Made by a program: the position numbers and the translations under genes. Positions 10,693 to 25,100 of a DNA stretch of 64,000 bases are shown here, in pieces (position 1 is the stretch's first letter; the number at the start of each line of letters is the position of its first letter). The notes beneath the pieces are model-generated. The model was not told where the DNA came from. It made no database searches and worked only from the letters and a program-made list of their open reading frames with translations. The DNA is from Paragordius varius (lineage: Eukaryota > Animalia > Nematomorpha), in the NCBI GenBank assembly GCA_964247055.1, contig OZ176050.1, positions 806,001 to 870,000 of the forward strand. The letters are read 5' to 3'.

Positions 10693-13600
10693 ATGGCTAC
10701 CTAAAATCCAAATTTGATCAGGTGATGTCGCCATAATTTTTTTTGCGTAGTCCTATGGTAGTTCCATCATCACCCCAAATATTTTGGGGATCGGACTATA
10801 AATGTAATTTTTATGAATATTTAAAAAATTTATTTTATACGATTTTAAAAATAAAAATGGCCACCTAAAATCCAAATTTGATCGGGTGATGTCACCATAA
10901 TTTTTTTTTGGGTAGCCCTATGGTAGTTCCATCATCACCCCAAATATTGTCGTGATCGGAGTATAAATGTAATTTTTTTGAATTTTTTAAATATTTAAAA
11001 AATTTATTTTATACGATTTTATAAATAAAAATGGCTACCTAAAATCCAAATTTGATCAGGTGATGTCACCATAATTTTTTTTGCGTAGCCCTATGGTAGT
11101 TCCATCATCACCCCAAATATTTTGGGGATCGGACTATAAATGTAATTTTTATGAATTTTTTAAATATTTAAAAAATTTATTTTATACGATTTTAAAAATA
11201 AAAATGGCTACCTAAAATCCAAATTTGATCAGGTGATGTCACCATAATTTTTTTTGGGTAGCCCTATGGTAGTTCCATCATCACCCCAAATATTTTGGGG
11301 ATCGGACTATAAATGTAATTTTTATGAATTTTTTAAATATTTAAAAAATTTATTTTATACGATTTTAAAAATAAAAATGGCTACCTAAAATCCAAATTTG
11401 ATCAGGTGATGCCATAATTTTTTTTGGGTAGCCCTATGGTAGTTCCATCATAACCCCAAATATTTTTGAGATCGGACTTTAAATGTAATTTTTATGAATT
11501 TTTTAAATATTTAAAAAATTTATTTTATACGATTTTAAAAATAAAAATGGCTACCTAAAATCCAAATTTGATCAGGTGATGTCACCATAATTTTTTTTGG
11601 GTAGCCCTATGGTAGTTCCATCATCACCCCAAATATTTTCGAGATCGGAGTATAAATGTAATTTTTATGAATTTTTAAAATATTTAAAAAATTTATTTTA
11701 TACGATTTTAAAAATAAAAATGGCTACCTAAAATCCAAATTTGATCAGGTGATGTCGCCATAATTTTTTTTGCGTAGCTTTATGGTAGTTTCATCATCAC
11801 CCCAAATATTTTGGGGATCGGACTATAAATGTAATTTTTATGAATTTTTTAAATATTTAAAAAATTTATTTTATACGATTTTAAAAATAAAAATGGCTAC
11901 CTAAATTCCAAATTTGATCTGGTGATGTCACCATAATTTTTTTTGGGTAGCCCTATGGTAGTTCCATCATCACCCCAAATATTTTCGAGATCGGAGTATA
12001 AATGTAATTTTTATGAATTTTTTAAATATTTAAAAAAATTTTTATACGATTTTAAAAATAAAAATGGCTACCTAAAATCCAAATTTGATCAGGTGATGTC
12101 GCCATAATTTTTTTTGGGTAGCCCTATAGTAGTTCCATCATCACCCCAAATATTTTGGGGATAGGAGTATAAATGTAATTTTTATGAATTTTTTAAATAT
12201 TTAAAAAATTTATTTTATACGATTTCAAAAATAAAAATGGCTACCTAAAATCCAAATTTGATCAGGTGATGTCGCCATAATTTTTTTTGGGTAGCCCTAT
12301 TCCATCATCACCCCAAATATTTTGGGGATCTGACTATAAATGTAATTTTTATGAATTTTTTAAATATTTAAAAAATTTATTTTATACGATTTTAAAAATA
12401 AAAATGGCTACCTAAAATCCAAATTTGATCAGGTGATGTCACCATAATTTTTTTTAGGTAGCCCTATGGTAGTTCCATCATCACCCCAAATATTTTCGAG
12501 ATCGGAGTATAAATGTAATTTTTATGAATTTTTTAAATATTTAAAAAATTTATTTTATACGATTTTAAAAATAAAAATGGCTACCTAAAATCCAAATTTG
12601 ATCAGGTGATGTCGTCATAATTTTTTTTGCGTAGTCCTATGGTAGTTCCATCATCACCCCAAATATTTTGGGGATCGGACTATAAATGTAATTTTTATGA
12701 ATATTTAAAAAATTTATTTTATACGATTTTAAAAATAAAAATGGCCACCTAAAATCCAAATTTGATCAGGTGATGTCACCATATTTTTTTTTGGGTAGCC
12801 CTATGGTAGTTCCATCATCACCCCAAATATTGTCGAGATCGGAGTATAAATGTAATTTTTTTGAATTTTTTAAATATTTAAAAAATTTATTTTATACGAT
12901 TTTAAAAATAAAAATGGCTACCTAAATTCCAAATTTGATCAGGTGATGTCACTATAATTTTTTTGGGTAGCCCTATGGTAGTTCCATCATCAACCCAAAT
13001 ATTTTTGAGATCGGACTATAAATGTAATTTTTATGAATTTTTTAAATATTTAAAAAATTTATTTTATACGATTTTAAAAATAAAAATGACTATATAAAAT
13101 CCAAATTTGATCAGTTGATGTCACCATAATTTTTTTTGGGTAGCCCTATGGTAGTTCCATCATCACCCCAAATATTTTCGAGATCGGAGTATAAATGTAA
13201 TTTTTATGAATTTTTTAAATATTTAAAAAATTTATTTTATACGATTTTAAAAATAAAAATGGCTACCTAAAATCCAAATTTGATCAGGTGATGTCACTAT
13301 AATTTTTTTTGGGTAGCCCTATGGTAGTTCCATCATCACCCCAAATATTTTCGAGATCGGAGTAGAAATGTAATTTTTATGAATTTTTTAAATATTTAAA
13401 AAATTTATTTTATACGATTTTAAAATAAAAATGGCTACCTAAAATCCAAATTTGATCAGGTGATGTCTCCATAATTTTTTTTGGGTAGCCCTATGGTAGT
13501 TCCATCATCACCCCAAATATTGTCGAGATCGGAGTATAAATGTAATTTTTTTGAATTTTTTAAATATTTGAAAAATTTATTTTATACGATTTCAAAAATA

Positions 13601-16600
13601 AAAATGGCCACCTAAAATCCAAATTTGATCAGGTGATGTCGCCATAATTTTTTTTGGGTAGCCCTATGGTAGTTCCATCATAATCCCAAATATTTTGGGG
13701 ATCGGACTATAAATGTAATTTTTATGAATTTTTTAAATATTTAAAAAATTTATTTTATACGATTTTAAAAATAAAAATGGCTACCTAAAATCCAAATTTG
13801 ATCAGGTGATGTCACCATATTTTTTTTTGGGTAGCCCTATGGTAGTTCCATCATCACCCCAAATATTTTGGGGATCGGAGTATAAATGTAATTTTTATGA
13901 ATTTTTTAAATATTTAAAAAATTTATTTTATACAATTTTAAAAATAAAAATGGCTACCTAAAATCCAAATTTGATCAGGTGATGTCACCATAATTTTTTT
14001 TGGGTAGCCCTATGGTAGTTCCATCATCACCCCAAATATTTTCGAGATCGGAGTATAAATGTAATTTTTATGAATTTTTTAAATATTTAAAAAATTTATT
14101 TTATACGATTTTAAAAATAAAAATGGCTACCTAAAATCCAAATTTGATCAGGTGATGTCGCCATAATTTTTTTTGCGTAGTCCTATGGTAGTTCCATCAT
14201 CACCCCAAATATTTTGGGGATCGGACTATAAATGTAATTTTTATGAATATTTAAAAAATTTATTTTATACGATTTTAAAAATAAAAATGGCCACCTAAAA
14301 TCCAAATTTGATCAGGTGATGTCACCATAATTTTTTTTGGGTAGCCCTATGGTAGTTCCATCATCACCCCAAATATTGTCGTGATCGGAGTATAAATGTA
14401 ATTTTTTTGAATTTTTTAAATATTTAAAAAATTTATTTTATACGATTTTATAAATAAAAATGGCTACCTAAAATCCAAATTTGATCAGGTGATGTCACCA
14501 TAATTTTTTTTGCGTAGCCCTATGGTAGTTCCATCATCACCCCAAATATTTTGGGGATCGGACTATAAATGTAATTTTTATGAATTTTTTAAATATTTAA
14601 AAAATTTATTTTATACGATTTTAAAAATAAAAATGGCTACCTAAAATCCAAATTTGATCAGGTGATGTCACCATAATTTTTTTTGGGTAGCCCTATGGTA
14701 GTTCCATCATCACCCCAAATATTTTGGGGATCGGACTATAAATGTAATTTTTATGAATTTTTTAAATATTTAAAAAATTTATTTTATACGATTTTAAAAA
14801 TAAAAATGGCTACCTAAAATCCAAATTTGATCAGGTGATGCCATAATTTTTTTTGGGTAGCCCTATGGTAGTTCCATCATAACCCCAAATATTTTTGAGA
14901 TCGGACTTTAAATGTAATTTTTATGAATTTTTTAAATATTTAAAAAATTTATTTTATACGATTTTAAAAATAAAAATGGCTACCTAAAATCCAAATTTGA
15001 TCAGGTGATGTCACCATAATTTTTTTTGGGTAGCCCTATGGTAGTTCCATCATCACCCCAAATATTTTCGAGATCGGAGTATAAATGTAATTTTTATGAA
15101 TTTTTAAAATATTTAAAAAATTTATTTTATACGATTTTAAAAATAAAAATGGCTACCTAAAATCCAAATTTGATCAGGTGATGTCGCCATAATTTTTTTT
15201 GCGTAGCTTTATGGTAGTTTCATCATCACCCCAAATATTTTGGGGATCGGACTATAAATGTAATTTTTATGAATTTTTTAAATATTTAAAAAATTTATTT
15301 TATACGATTTTAAAAATAAAAATGGCTACCTAAATTCCAAATTTGATCTGGTGATGTCACCATAATTTTTTTTGGGTAGCCCTATGGTAGTTCCATCATC
15401 ACCCCAAATATTTTCGAGATCGGAGTATAAATGTAATTTTTATGAATTTTTTAAATATTTAAAAAAATTTTTATACGATTTTAAAAATAAAAATGGCTAC
15501 CTAAAATCCAAATTTGATCAGGTGATGTCGCCATAATTTTTTTTGGGTAGCCCTATAGTAGTTCCATCATCACCCCAAATATTTTGGGGATAGGAGTATA
15601 AATGTAATTTTTATGAATTTTTTAAATATTTAAAAAATTTATTTTATACGATTTCAAAAATAAAAATGGCTACCTAAAATCCAAATTTGATCAGGTGATG
15701 TCGCCATAATTTTTTTTGGGTAGCCCTATTCCATCATCACCCCAAATATTTTGGGGATCGGACTATAAATGTAATTTTTATGAATTTTTTAAATATTTAA
15801 AAAATTTATTTTATACGATTTTAAAAATAAAAATGGCTACCTAAAATCCAAATTTGATCAGGTGATGTCACCATAATTTTTTTTAGGTAGCCCTATGGTA
15901 GTTCCATCATCACCCCAAATATTTTCGAGATCGGAGTATAAATGTAATTTTTATGAATTTTTTAAATATTTAAAAAATTTATTTTATACGATTTTAAAAA
16001 TAAAAATGGCTACCTAAAATCCAAATTTGATCAGGTGATGTCGCCATAATTTTTTTTGCGTAGTCCTATGGTAGTTCCATCATCACCCCAAATATTTTGG
16101 GGATCGGACTATAAATGTAATTTTTATGAATATTTAAAAAATTTATTTTATACGATTTTAAAAATAAAAATGGCCACCTAAAATCCAAATTTGATCAGGT
16201 GATGTCACCATAATTTTTTTTGGGTAGCCCTATGGTAGTTCCATCATCACCCCAAATATTGTCGAGATCGGAGTATAAATGTAATTTTTTTGAATTTTTT
16301 AAATATTTAAAAAATTTATTTTATACGATTTTAAAAATAAAAATGGCTACCTAAATTCCAAATTTGATCAGGTGATGTCACTATAATTTTTTTGGGTAGC
16401 CCTATGGTAGTTCCATCATCAACCCAAATATTTTTGAGATCGGACTATAAATGTAATTTTTATGAATTTTTTAAATATTTAAAAAATTTATTTTATACGA
16501 TTTTAAAAATAAAAATGACTATATAAAATCCAAATTTGATCAGTTGATGTCACCATAATTTTTTTTGGGTAGCCCTATGGTAGTTCCATCATCACCCCAA

Positions 16601-19600
16601 ATATTTTCGAGATCGGAGTATAAATGTAATTTTTATGAATTTTTTAAATATTTAAAAAATTTATTTTATACGATTTTAAAAATAAAAATGGCTACCTAAA
16701 ATCCAAATTTGATCAGGTGATGTCACTATAATTTTTTTTGGGTAGCCCTATGGTAGTTCCATCATCACCCCAAATATTTTCGAGATCGGAGTAGAAATGT
16801 AATTTTTATGAATTTTTTAAATATTTAAAAAATTTATTTTATACGATTTTAAAATAAAAATGGCTACCTAAAATCCAAATTTGATCAGGTGATGTCTCCA
16901 TAATTTTTTTTGGGTAGCCCTATGGTAGTTCCATCATCACCCCAAATATTGTCGAGATCGGAGTATAAATGTAATTTTTTTGAATTTTTTAAATATTTGA
17001 AAAATTTATTTTATACGATTTCAAAAATAAAAATGGCCACCTAAAATCCAAATTTGATCAGGTGATGTCGCCATAATTTTTTTTGGGTAGCCCTATGGTA
17101 GTTCCATCATAATCCCAAATATTTTGGGGATCGGACTATAAATGTAATTTTTATGAATTTTTTAAATATTTAAAAAATTTATTTTATACGATTTTAAAAA
17201 TAAAAATGGCTACCTAAAATCCAAATTTGATCAGGTGATGTCGCCATAATATTTTTTGGGTAGCCCTATGGTAGTTCCATCATCACCCCAAATATTTTCG
17301 AGATCGGAGTATAAATGTAATTTTTATGAATTTTTTAAATATTTAAAAAATTTATTTTATACGATTTTAAAAATAAAAATGGCTACCTAAAATCTAAATT
17401 TGATCAGGTGATGTCACCATAATTTTTTTTAGGTAGCCCTATGGTAGTTCCATCATCACCCCAAATATTTTCGAGATCGGAGTATAAATGTAATTTTTAT
17501 GAATTTTTTAAATATTTAAAAAATTTATTTTATACGATTTTAAAAATAAAAATGGCTACCTAAAATCCAAATTTGATCAGGTGATGTCACTATAATTTTT
17601 TTTGGGTAGCCCTATGGTAGTTCCATCATCACCCCAAATATTTTCGAGATCCGAGTAGAAATGTAATTTTTATGAATTTTTTAAATATTTAAAAAATTTA
17701 TTTTATACGATTTTAAAATAAAAATGGCTACCTAAAATCCAAATTTGATCAGGTGATGTCTCCATAATTTTTTTTGGGTAGCCCTATGGTAGTTCCATCA
17801 TCACCCCAAATATTGTCGAGATCGGAGTATAAATGTAATTTTTTTGAATTTTTTAAATATTTGAAAAATTTATTTTATACGATTTCAAAAATAAAAATGG
17901 CCACCTAAAATCCAAATTTGATCAGGTGATGTCGCCATAATTTTTTTTGGGTAGCCCTATGGTAGTTCCATCATAATCCCAAATATTTTGGGGATCGGAC
18001 TATAAATGTAATTTTTATGAATTTTTTAAATATTTAAAAAATTTATTTTATACGATTTTAAAAATAAAAATGGCTACCTAAAATCCAAATTTGATCAGGT
18101 GATGTCACCATATTTTTTTTTGGGTAGCCCTATGGTAGTTCCATCATCACCCCAAATATTTTGGGGATCGGAGTATAAATGTAATTTTTATGAATTTTTT
18201 AAATATTTAAAAAATTTATTTTATACAATTTTAAAAATAAAAATGGCTACCTAAAATCCAAATTTGATCAGGTGATGTCACCATAATTTTTTTTGGGTAG
18301 CCCTATGGTAGTTCCATCATCACCCCAAATATTTTCGAGATCGGAGTATAAATGTAATTTTTATGAATTTTTTAAATATTTAAAAAATTTATTTTATACG
18401 ATTTTAAAAATAAAAATGGCTACCTAAAATCCAAATTTGATCAGGTGATGTCGCCATAATTTTTTTTGCGTAGTCCTATGGTAGTTCCATCATCACCCCA
18501 AATATTTTGGGGATCGGACTATAAATGTAATTTTTATGAATATTTAAAAAATTTATTTTATACGATTTTAAAAATAAAAATGGCCACCTAAAATCCAAAT
18601 TTGATCAGGTGATGTCACCATAATTTTTTTTGGGTAGCCCTATGGTAGTTCCATCATCACCCCAAATATTGTCGTGATCGGAGTATAAATGTAATTTTTT
18701 TGAATTTTTTAAATATTTAAAAAATTTATTTTATACGATTTTATAAATAAAAATGGCTACCTAAAATCCAAATTTGATCAGGTGATGTCACCATAATTTT
18801 TTTTGCGTAGCCCTATGGTAGTTCCATCATCACCCCAAATATTTTGGGGATCGGACTATAAATGTAATTTTTATGAATTTTTTAAATATTTAAAAAATTT
18901 ATTTTATACGATTTTAAAAATAAAAATGGCTACCTAAAATCCAAATTTGATCAGGTGATGTCACCATAATTTTTTTTGGGTAGCCCTATGGTAGTTCCAT
19001 CATCACCCCAAATATTTTGGGGATCGGACTATAAATGTAATTTTTATGAATTTTTTAAATATTTAAAAAATTTATTTTATACGATTTTAAAAATAAAAAT
19101 GGCTACCTAAAATCCAAATTTGATCAGGTGATGCCATAATTTTTTTTGGGTAGCCCTATGGTAGTTCCATCATAACCCCAAATATTTTTGAGATCGGACT
19201 TTAAATGTAATTTTTATGAATTTTTTAAATATTTAAAAAATTTATTTTATACGATTTTAAAAATAAAAATGGCTACCTAAAATCCAAATTTGATCAGGTG
19301 ATGTCACCATAATTTTTTTTGGGTAGCCCTATGGTAGTTCCATCATCACCCCAAATATTTTCGAGATCGGAGTATAAATGTAATTTTTATGAATTTTTAA
19401 AATATTTAAAAAATTTATTTTATACGATTTTAAAAATAAAAATGGCTACCTAAAATCCAAATTTGATCAGGTGATGTCGCCATAATTTTTTTTGCGTAGC
19501 TTTATGGTAGTTTCATCATCACCCCAAATATTTTGGGGATCGGACTATAAATGTAATTTTTATGAATTTTTTAAATATTTAAAAAATTTATTTTATACGA

Positions 19601-22190
19601 TTTTAAAAATAAAAATGGCTACCTAAATTCCAAATTTGATCTGGTGATGTCACCATAATTTTTTTTGGGTAGCCCTATGGTAGTTCCATCATCACCCCAA
19701 ATATTTTCGAGATCGGAGTATAAATGTAATTTTTATGAATTTTTTAAATATTTAAAAAAATTTTTATACGATTTTAAAAATAAAAATGGCTACCTAAAAT
19801 CCAAATTTGATCAGGTGATGTCGCCATAATTTTTTTTGGGTAGCCCTATAGTAGTTCCATCATCACCCCAAATATTTTGGGGATAGGAGTATAAATGTAA
19901 TTTTTATGAATTTTTTAAATATTTAAAAAATTTATTTTATACGATTTCAAAAATAAAAATGGCTACCTAAAATCCAAATTTGATCAGGTGATGTCGCCAT
20001 AATTTTTTTTGGGTAGCCCTATTCCATCATCACCCCAAATATTTTGGGGATCGGACTATAAATGTAATTTTTATGAATTTTTTAAATATTTAAAAAATTT
20101 ATTTTATACGATTTTAAAAATAAAAATGGCTACCTAAAATCCAAATTTGATCAGGTGATGTCACCATAATTTTTTTTAGGTAGCCCTATGGTAGTTCCAT
20201 CATCACCCCAAATATTTTCGAGATCGGAGTATAAATGTAATTTTTATGAATTTTTTAAATATTTAAAAAATTTATTTTATACGATTTTAAAAATAAAAAT
20301 GGCTACCTAAAATCCAAATTTGATCAGGTGATGTCGCCATAATTTTTTTTGCGTAGTCCTATGGTAGTTCCATCATCACCCCAAATATTTTGGGGATCGG
20401 ACTATAAATGTAATTTTTATGAATATTTAAAAAATTTATTTTATACGATTTTAAAAATAAAAATGGCCACCTAAAATCCAAATTTGATCAGGTGATGTCA
20501 CCATAATTTTTTTTGGGTAGCCCTATGGTAGTTCCATCATCACCCCAAATATTGTCGAGATCGGAGTATAAATGTAATTTTTTTGAATTTTTTAAATATT
20601 TAAAAAATTTATTTTATACGATTTTAAAAATAAAAATGGCTACCTAAATTCCAAATTTGATCAGGTGATGTCACTATAATTTTTTTGGGTAGCCCTATGG
20701 TAGTTCCATCATCAACCCAAATATTTTTGAGATCGGACTATAAATGTAATTTTTATGAATTTTTTAAATATTTAAAAAATTTATTTTATACGATTTTAAA
20801 AATAAAAATGACTATATAAAATCCAAATTTGATCAGTTGATGTCACCATAATTTTTTTTGGGTAGCCCTATGGTAGTTCCATCATCACCCCAAATATTTT
20901 CGAGATCGGAGTATAAATGTAATTTTTATGAATTTTTTAAATATTTAAAAAATTTATTTTATACGATTTTAAAAATAAAAATGGCTACCTAAAATCCAAA
21001 TTTGATCAGGTGATGTCGCCATAATATTTTTTGGGTAGCCCTATGGTAGTTCCATCATCACCCCAAATATTTTCGAGATCGGAGTATAAATGTAATTTTT
21101 ATGAATTTTTTAAATATTTAAAAAATTTATTTTATACGATTTTAAAAATAAAAATGGCTACCTAAAATCTAAATTTGATCAGGTGATGTCACCATAATTT
21201 TTTTTAGGTAGCCCTATGGTAGTTCCATCATCACCCCAAATATTTTCGAGATCGGAGTATAAATGTAATTTTTATGAATTTTTTAAATATTTAAAAAATT
21301 TATTTTATACGATTTTAAAAATAAAAATGGCTACCTAAAATCCAAATTTGATCAGGTGATGTCACTATAATTTTTTTTGGGTAGCCCTATGGTAGTTCCA
21401 TCATCACCCCAAATATTTTCGAGATCGGAGTAGAAATGTAATTTTTATGAATTTTTTAAATATTTAAAAAATTTATTTTATACGATTTTAAAATAAAAAT
21501 GGCTACCTAAAATCCAAATTTGATCAGGTGATGTCTCCATAATTTTTTTTGGGTAGCCCTATGGTAGTTCCATCATCACCCCAAATATTGTCGAGATCGG
21601 AGTATAAATGTAATTTTTTTGAATTTTTTAAATATTTGAAAAATTTATTTTATACGATTTCAAAAATAAAAATGGCCACCTAAAATCTAAATTTGATCAG
21701 GTGATGTCGCCATAATTTTTTTTGGGTAGCCCTATGGTAGTTCCATCATAATCCCAAATATTTTGGGGATCGGACTATAAATGTAATTTTTATGAATTTT
21801 TTAAATATTTAAAAAATTTATTTTATACGATTTTAAAAATAAAAATGGCTACCTAAAATCCAAATTTGATCAGGTGATGTCACCATATTTTTTTTTGGGT
21901 AGCCCTATGGTAGTTCCATCATCACCCCAAATATTTTGGGGATCGGAGTATAAATGTAATTTTTATGAATTTTTTAAATATTTAAAAAATTTATTTTATA
22001 CAATTTTAAAAATAAAAATGGCTACCTAAAATCCAAATTTGATCAGGTGATGTCACCATAATTTTTTTTGGGTAGCCCTATGGTAGTTCCATCATCACCC
22101 CAAATATTTTCGAGATCGGAGTATAAATGTAATTTTTATGAATTTTTTAAATATTTAAAAAATTTATTTTATACGATTTTAAAAATAAAA
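10693..22190. repeat. Three-copy higher-order repeat: 20-mer (10693-14122), 25-mer (14123-18415), 22-mer (18416-22190)
   Basis: GTCGTGATC variant at 10952/14381/18674 and GCGTAGCTTT at 11772/15201/19494, with offsets 3429 and 4293. The 9-bp-deletion monomers start at 10693/14123/18416 and 12577/16006/20299. Confidence 0.9.
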
Positions 22191-25100
22191 ATGGCTACCT
22201 AAAATCCAAATTTGATCAGGTGATGTCGCCATAATTTTTTTTGGGTAGCCCTATTCCATCATCACCCCAAATATTTTGGGGATCGGACTATAAATGTAAT
22301 TTTTATGAATTTTTTAAATATTTAAAAAATTTATTTTATACGATTTTAAAAATAAAAATGGCTACCTAAAATCCAAATTTGATCAGGTGATGTCACCATA
22401 ATTTTTTTTAGGTAGCCCTATGGTAGTTCCATCATCACCCCAAATATTTTCGAGATCGGAGTATAAATGTAATTTTTATGAATTTTTTAAATATTTAAAA
22501 AATTTATTTTATACGATTTTAAAAATAAAAATGGCTACCTAAAATCCAAATTTGATCAGGTGATGTCGCCATAATTTTTTTTGCGTAGTCCTATGGTAGT
22601 TCCATCATCACCCCAAATATTTTGGGGATCGGACTATAAATGTAATTTTTATGAATATTTAAAAAATTTATTTTATACGATTTTAAAAATAAAAATGGCT
22701 ACCTAAAATCCAAATTTGATCAGGTGATGTCACCATAATTTTTTTTGGGTAGCCCTATGGTAGTTCCATCATCACCCCAAATATTGTCGAGATCGGAGTA
22801 TAAATGTAATTTTTTTGAATTTTTTAAATATTTAAAAAATTTATTTTATACGATTTTAAAAATAAAAATGGCTACCTAAAATCCAAATTTGATCAGGTGA
22901 TGTCACCATAATTTTTTTTGCGTAGCCCTATGGTAGTTCCATCATCACCCCAAATATTTTGGGGATCAGACTATAAATGTAATTTTTATGAATTTTTTAA
23001 ATATTTAAAAAATTTATTTTATACGATTTTAAAAATAAAAATGGCTACCTAAAATCCAAATTTGATCAGGTGATGTCACCATAATTTTTTTTGCGTAGCC
23101 CTATGGTAGTTCCATCATCACCCCAAATATTTTGGGGATCGGACTATAAATGTAATTTTTATGAATTTTTTAAATATTTAAAAAATTTATTTTATACGAT
23201 TTTAAAAATAAAAATGGCTACCTAAAATCCAAATTTGATCAGGTGATGTCACCATAATTTTTTTTGGGTAGCCCTATGGTAGTTTCATCATCACCCCAAA
23301 TATTTTGGGGATCGGACTATAAATGTAATTTTTATGAATTTTTTAAATATTTAAAAAATTTATTTTATACGATTTTAAAAATAAAAATGGCTACCTAAAA
23401 TCCAAATTTGATCAGGTGATGTCACCATAATTTTTTTTGGGTAGCCCTATGGTAGTTCCATCATCACCCCAAATATTTTGGGGATCGGACTATAAATGTA
23501 ATTTTTATGAATTTTTTAAATATTTAAAAAATTTATTTTATACGATTTTAAAAATAAAAATGGCTACCTAAAATCCAAATTTGATCAGGTGATGCCATAA
23601 TTTTTTTTGGGTAGCCCTATGGTAGTTCCATCATCACCCCAAATATTTTCGAGATCGGAGTATAAATGTAATTTTTATGAATTTTTTAAATATTTAAAAA
23701 ATTTATTTTATACGATTTTAAAAATAAAAATGGCTACCTAAAATACAAATTTGATCAGGTGATGTCACCATATTTTTTTTTGGGTAGCCCTATGGTAGTT
23801 CCATCATCACCCCAAATATTTTGGGGATCGGACTATAAATGTAATTTTTATGAATTTTTTAAATATTTAAAAAATTTATTTTATACGATTTTAAAATAAA
23901 AATGGCTACCTAAAACCCAAATTTGATCAGGTGATGTCGCCATAATTTTTTTTGGGTAGCCCTATGGTAGTTCCATCATCACCCCAAATATTTTCGAGAT
24001 CGGAGTATAAATGTAATTTTTATGAATTTTTTAAATATTTAAAAAATTTATTTTATACGATTTTAAAAATAAAAATGGCTACCTAAAATCCAAATTTGAT
24101 CAGGTGATGTCACCATAATTTTTTTTGGGTGGCCCTATGGTAGTTCCATCATCACCCCAAATATTGTCGAGATCGGAGTATAAATGTAATTTTTTTGAAT
24201 TTTTTAAATATTTAAAAAATTTATTTTATACGATTTTAAAAATAAAAATGGCTACCTAAAATCCAATTTTGATCAGGTGATGTCGCCATAATTTTTTTTG
24301 CGTAGCCCTATGGTAGTTTCATCATCACCCCAAATATTTTGGGGATCGGACTATAAATGTAATTTTTATGAATTTTTTAAATATTTAAAAAATTTATTTT
24401 ATACGATTTTAAAAATAAAAATGGCTACCTAAAATCCAAATTTGATCTGGTGATGTCACCATAATTTTTTTTGGGTAGCCCTATGGTAGTTCCATCATCA
24501 CCCCAAATATTTTCGAGATCGGAGTATATATGTAATTTTTATGAATTTTTTAAATATTTAAAAAATTTATTTTATACGATTTTAAAAATAAAAATGGCTA
24601 CCTAAAATCCAAATTTGATCAGGTGATGTCACCATATTTTTTTTTGGGTAGCCCTATGGTAGTTCCATCATCACCCCAAATATTTTGGGGATCGGACTAT
24701 AAATGTAATTTTTATGAATTTTTTAAATATTTAAAAAATTTATTTTATACGATTTTAAAATAAAAATGGCTACCTAAAACCCAAATTTGATCAGGTGATG
24801 TCGCCATAATTTTTTTTGGGTAGCCCTATGGTAGTTCCATCATCACCCCAAATATTTTCGAGATCGGAGTATAAATGTAATTTTTATGAATTTTTTAAAT
24901 ATTTAAAAAATTTATTTTATACGATTTTAAAAATAAAAATGGCTACCTAAAATCCAAATTTGATCAGGTGATGTCACCATAATTTTTTTTGAGTAGCCCT
25001 ATGGTAGTTCCATCATCACCCCAAATATTTTCGAGATCGGAGTATAAATGTAATTTTTATGAATTTTTTAAATATTTAAAAAATTTATTTTATACGATTT

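Noticed and set aside
10740-10800. TAGTCC variant complementing GGACTA in the 9-bp-deletion monomers
   Set aside because: It is only a 6-bp match from a single substitution with one origin, too weak to separate from chance.
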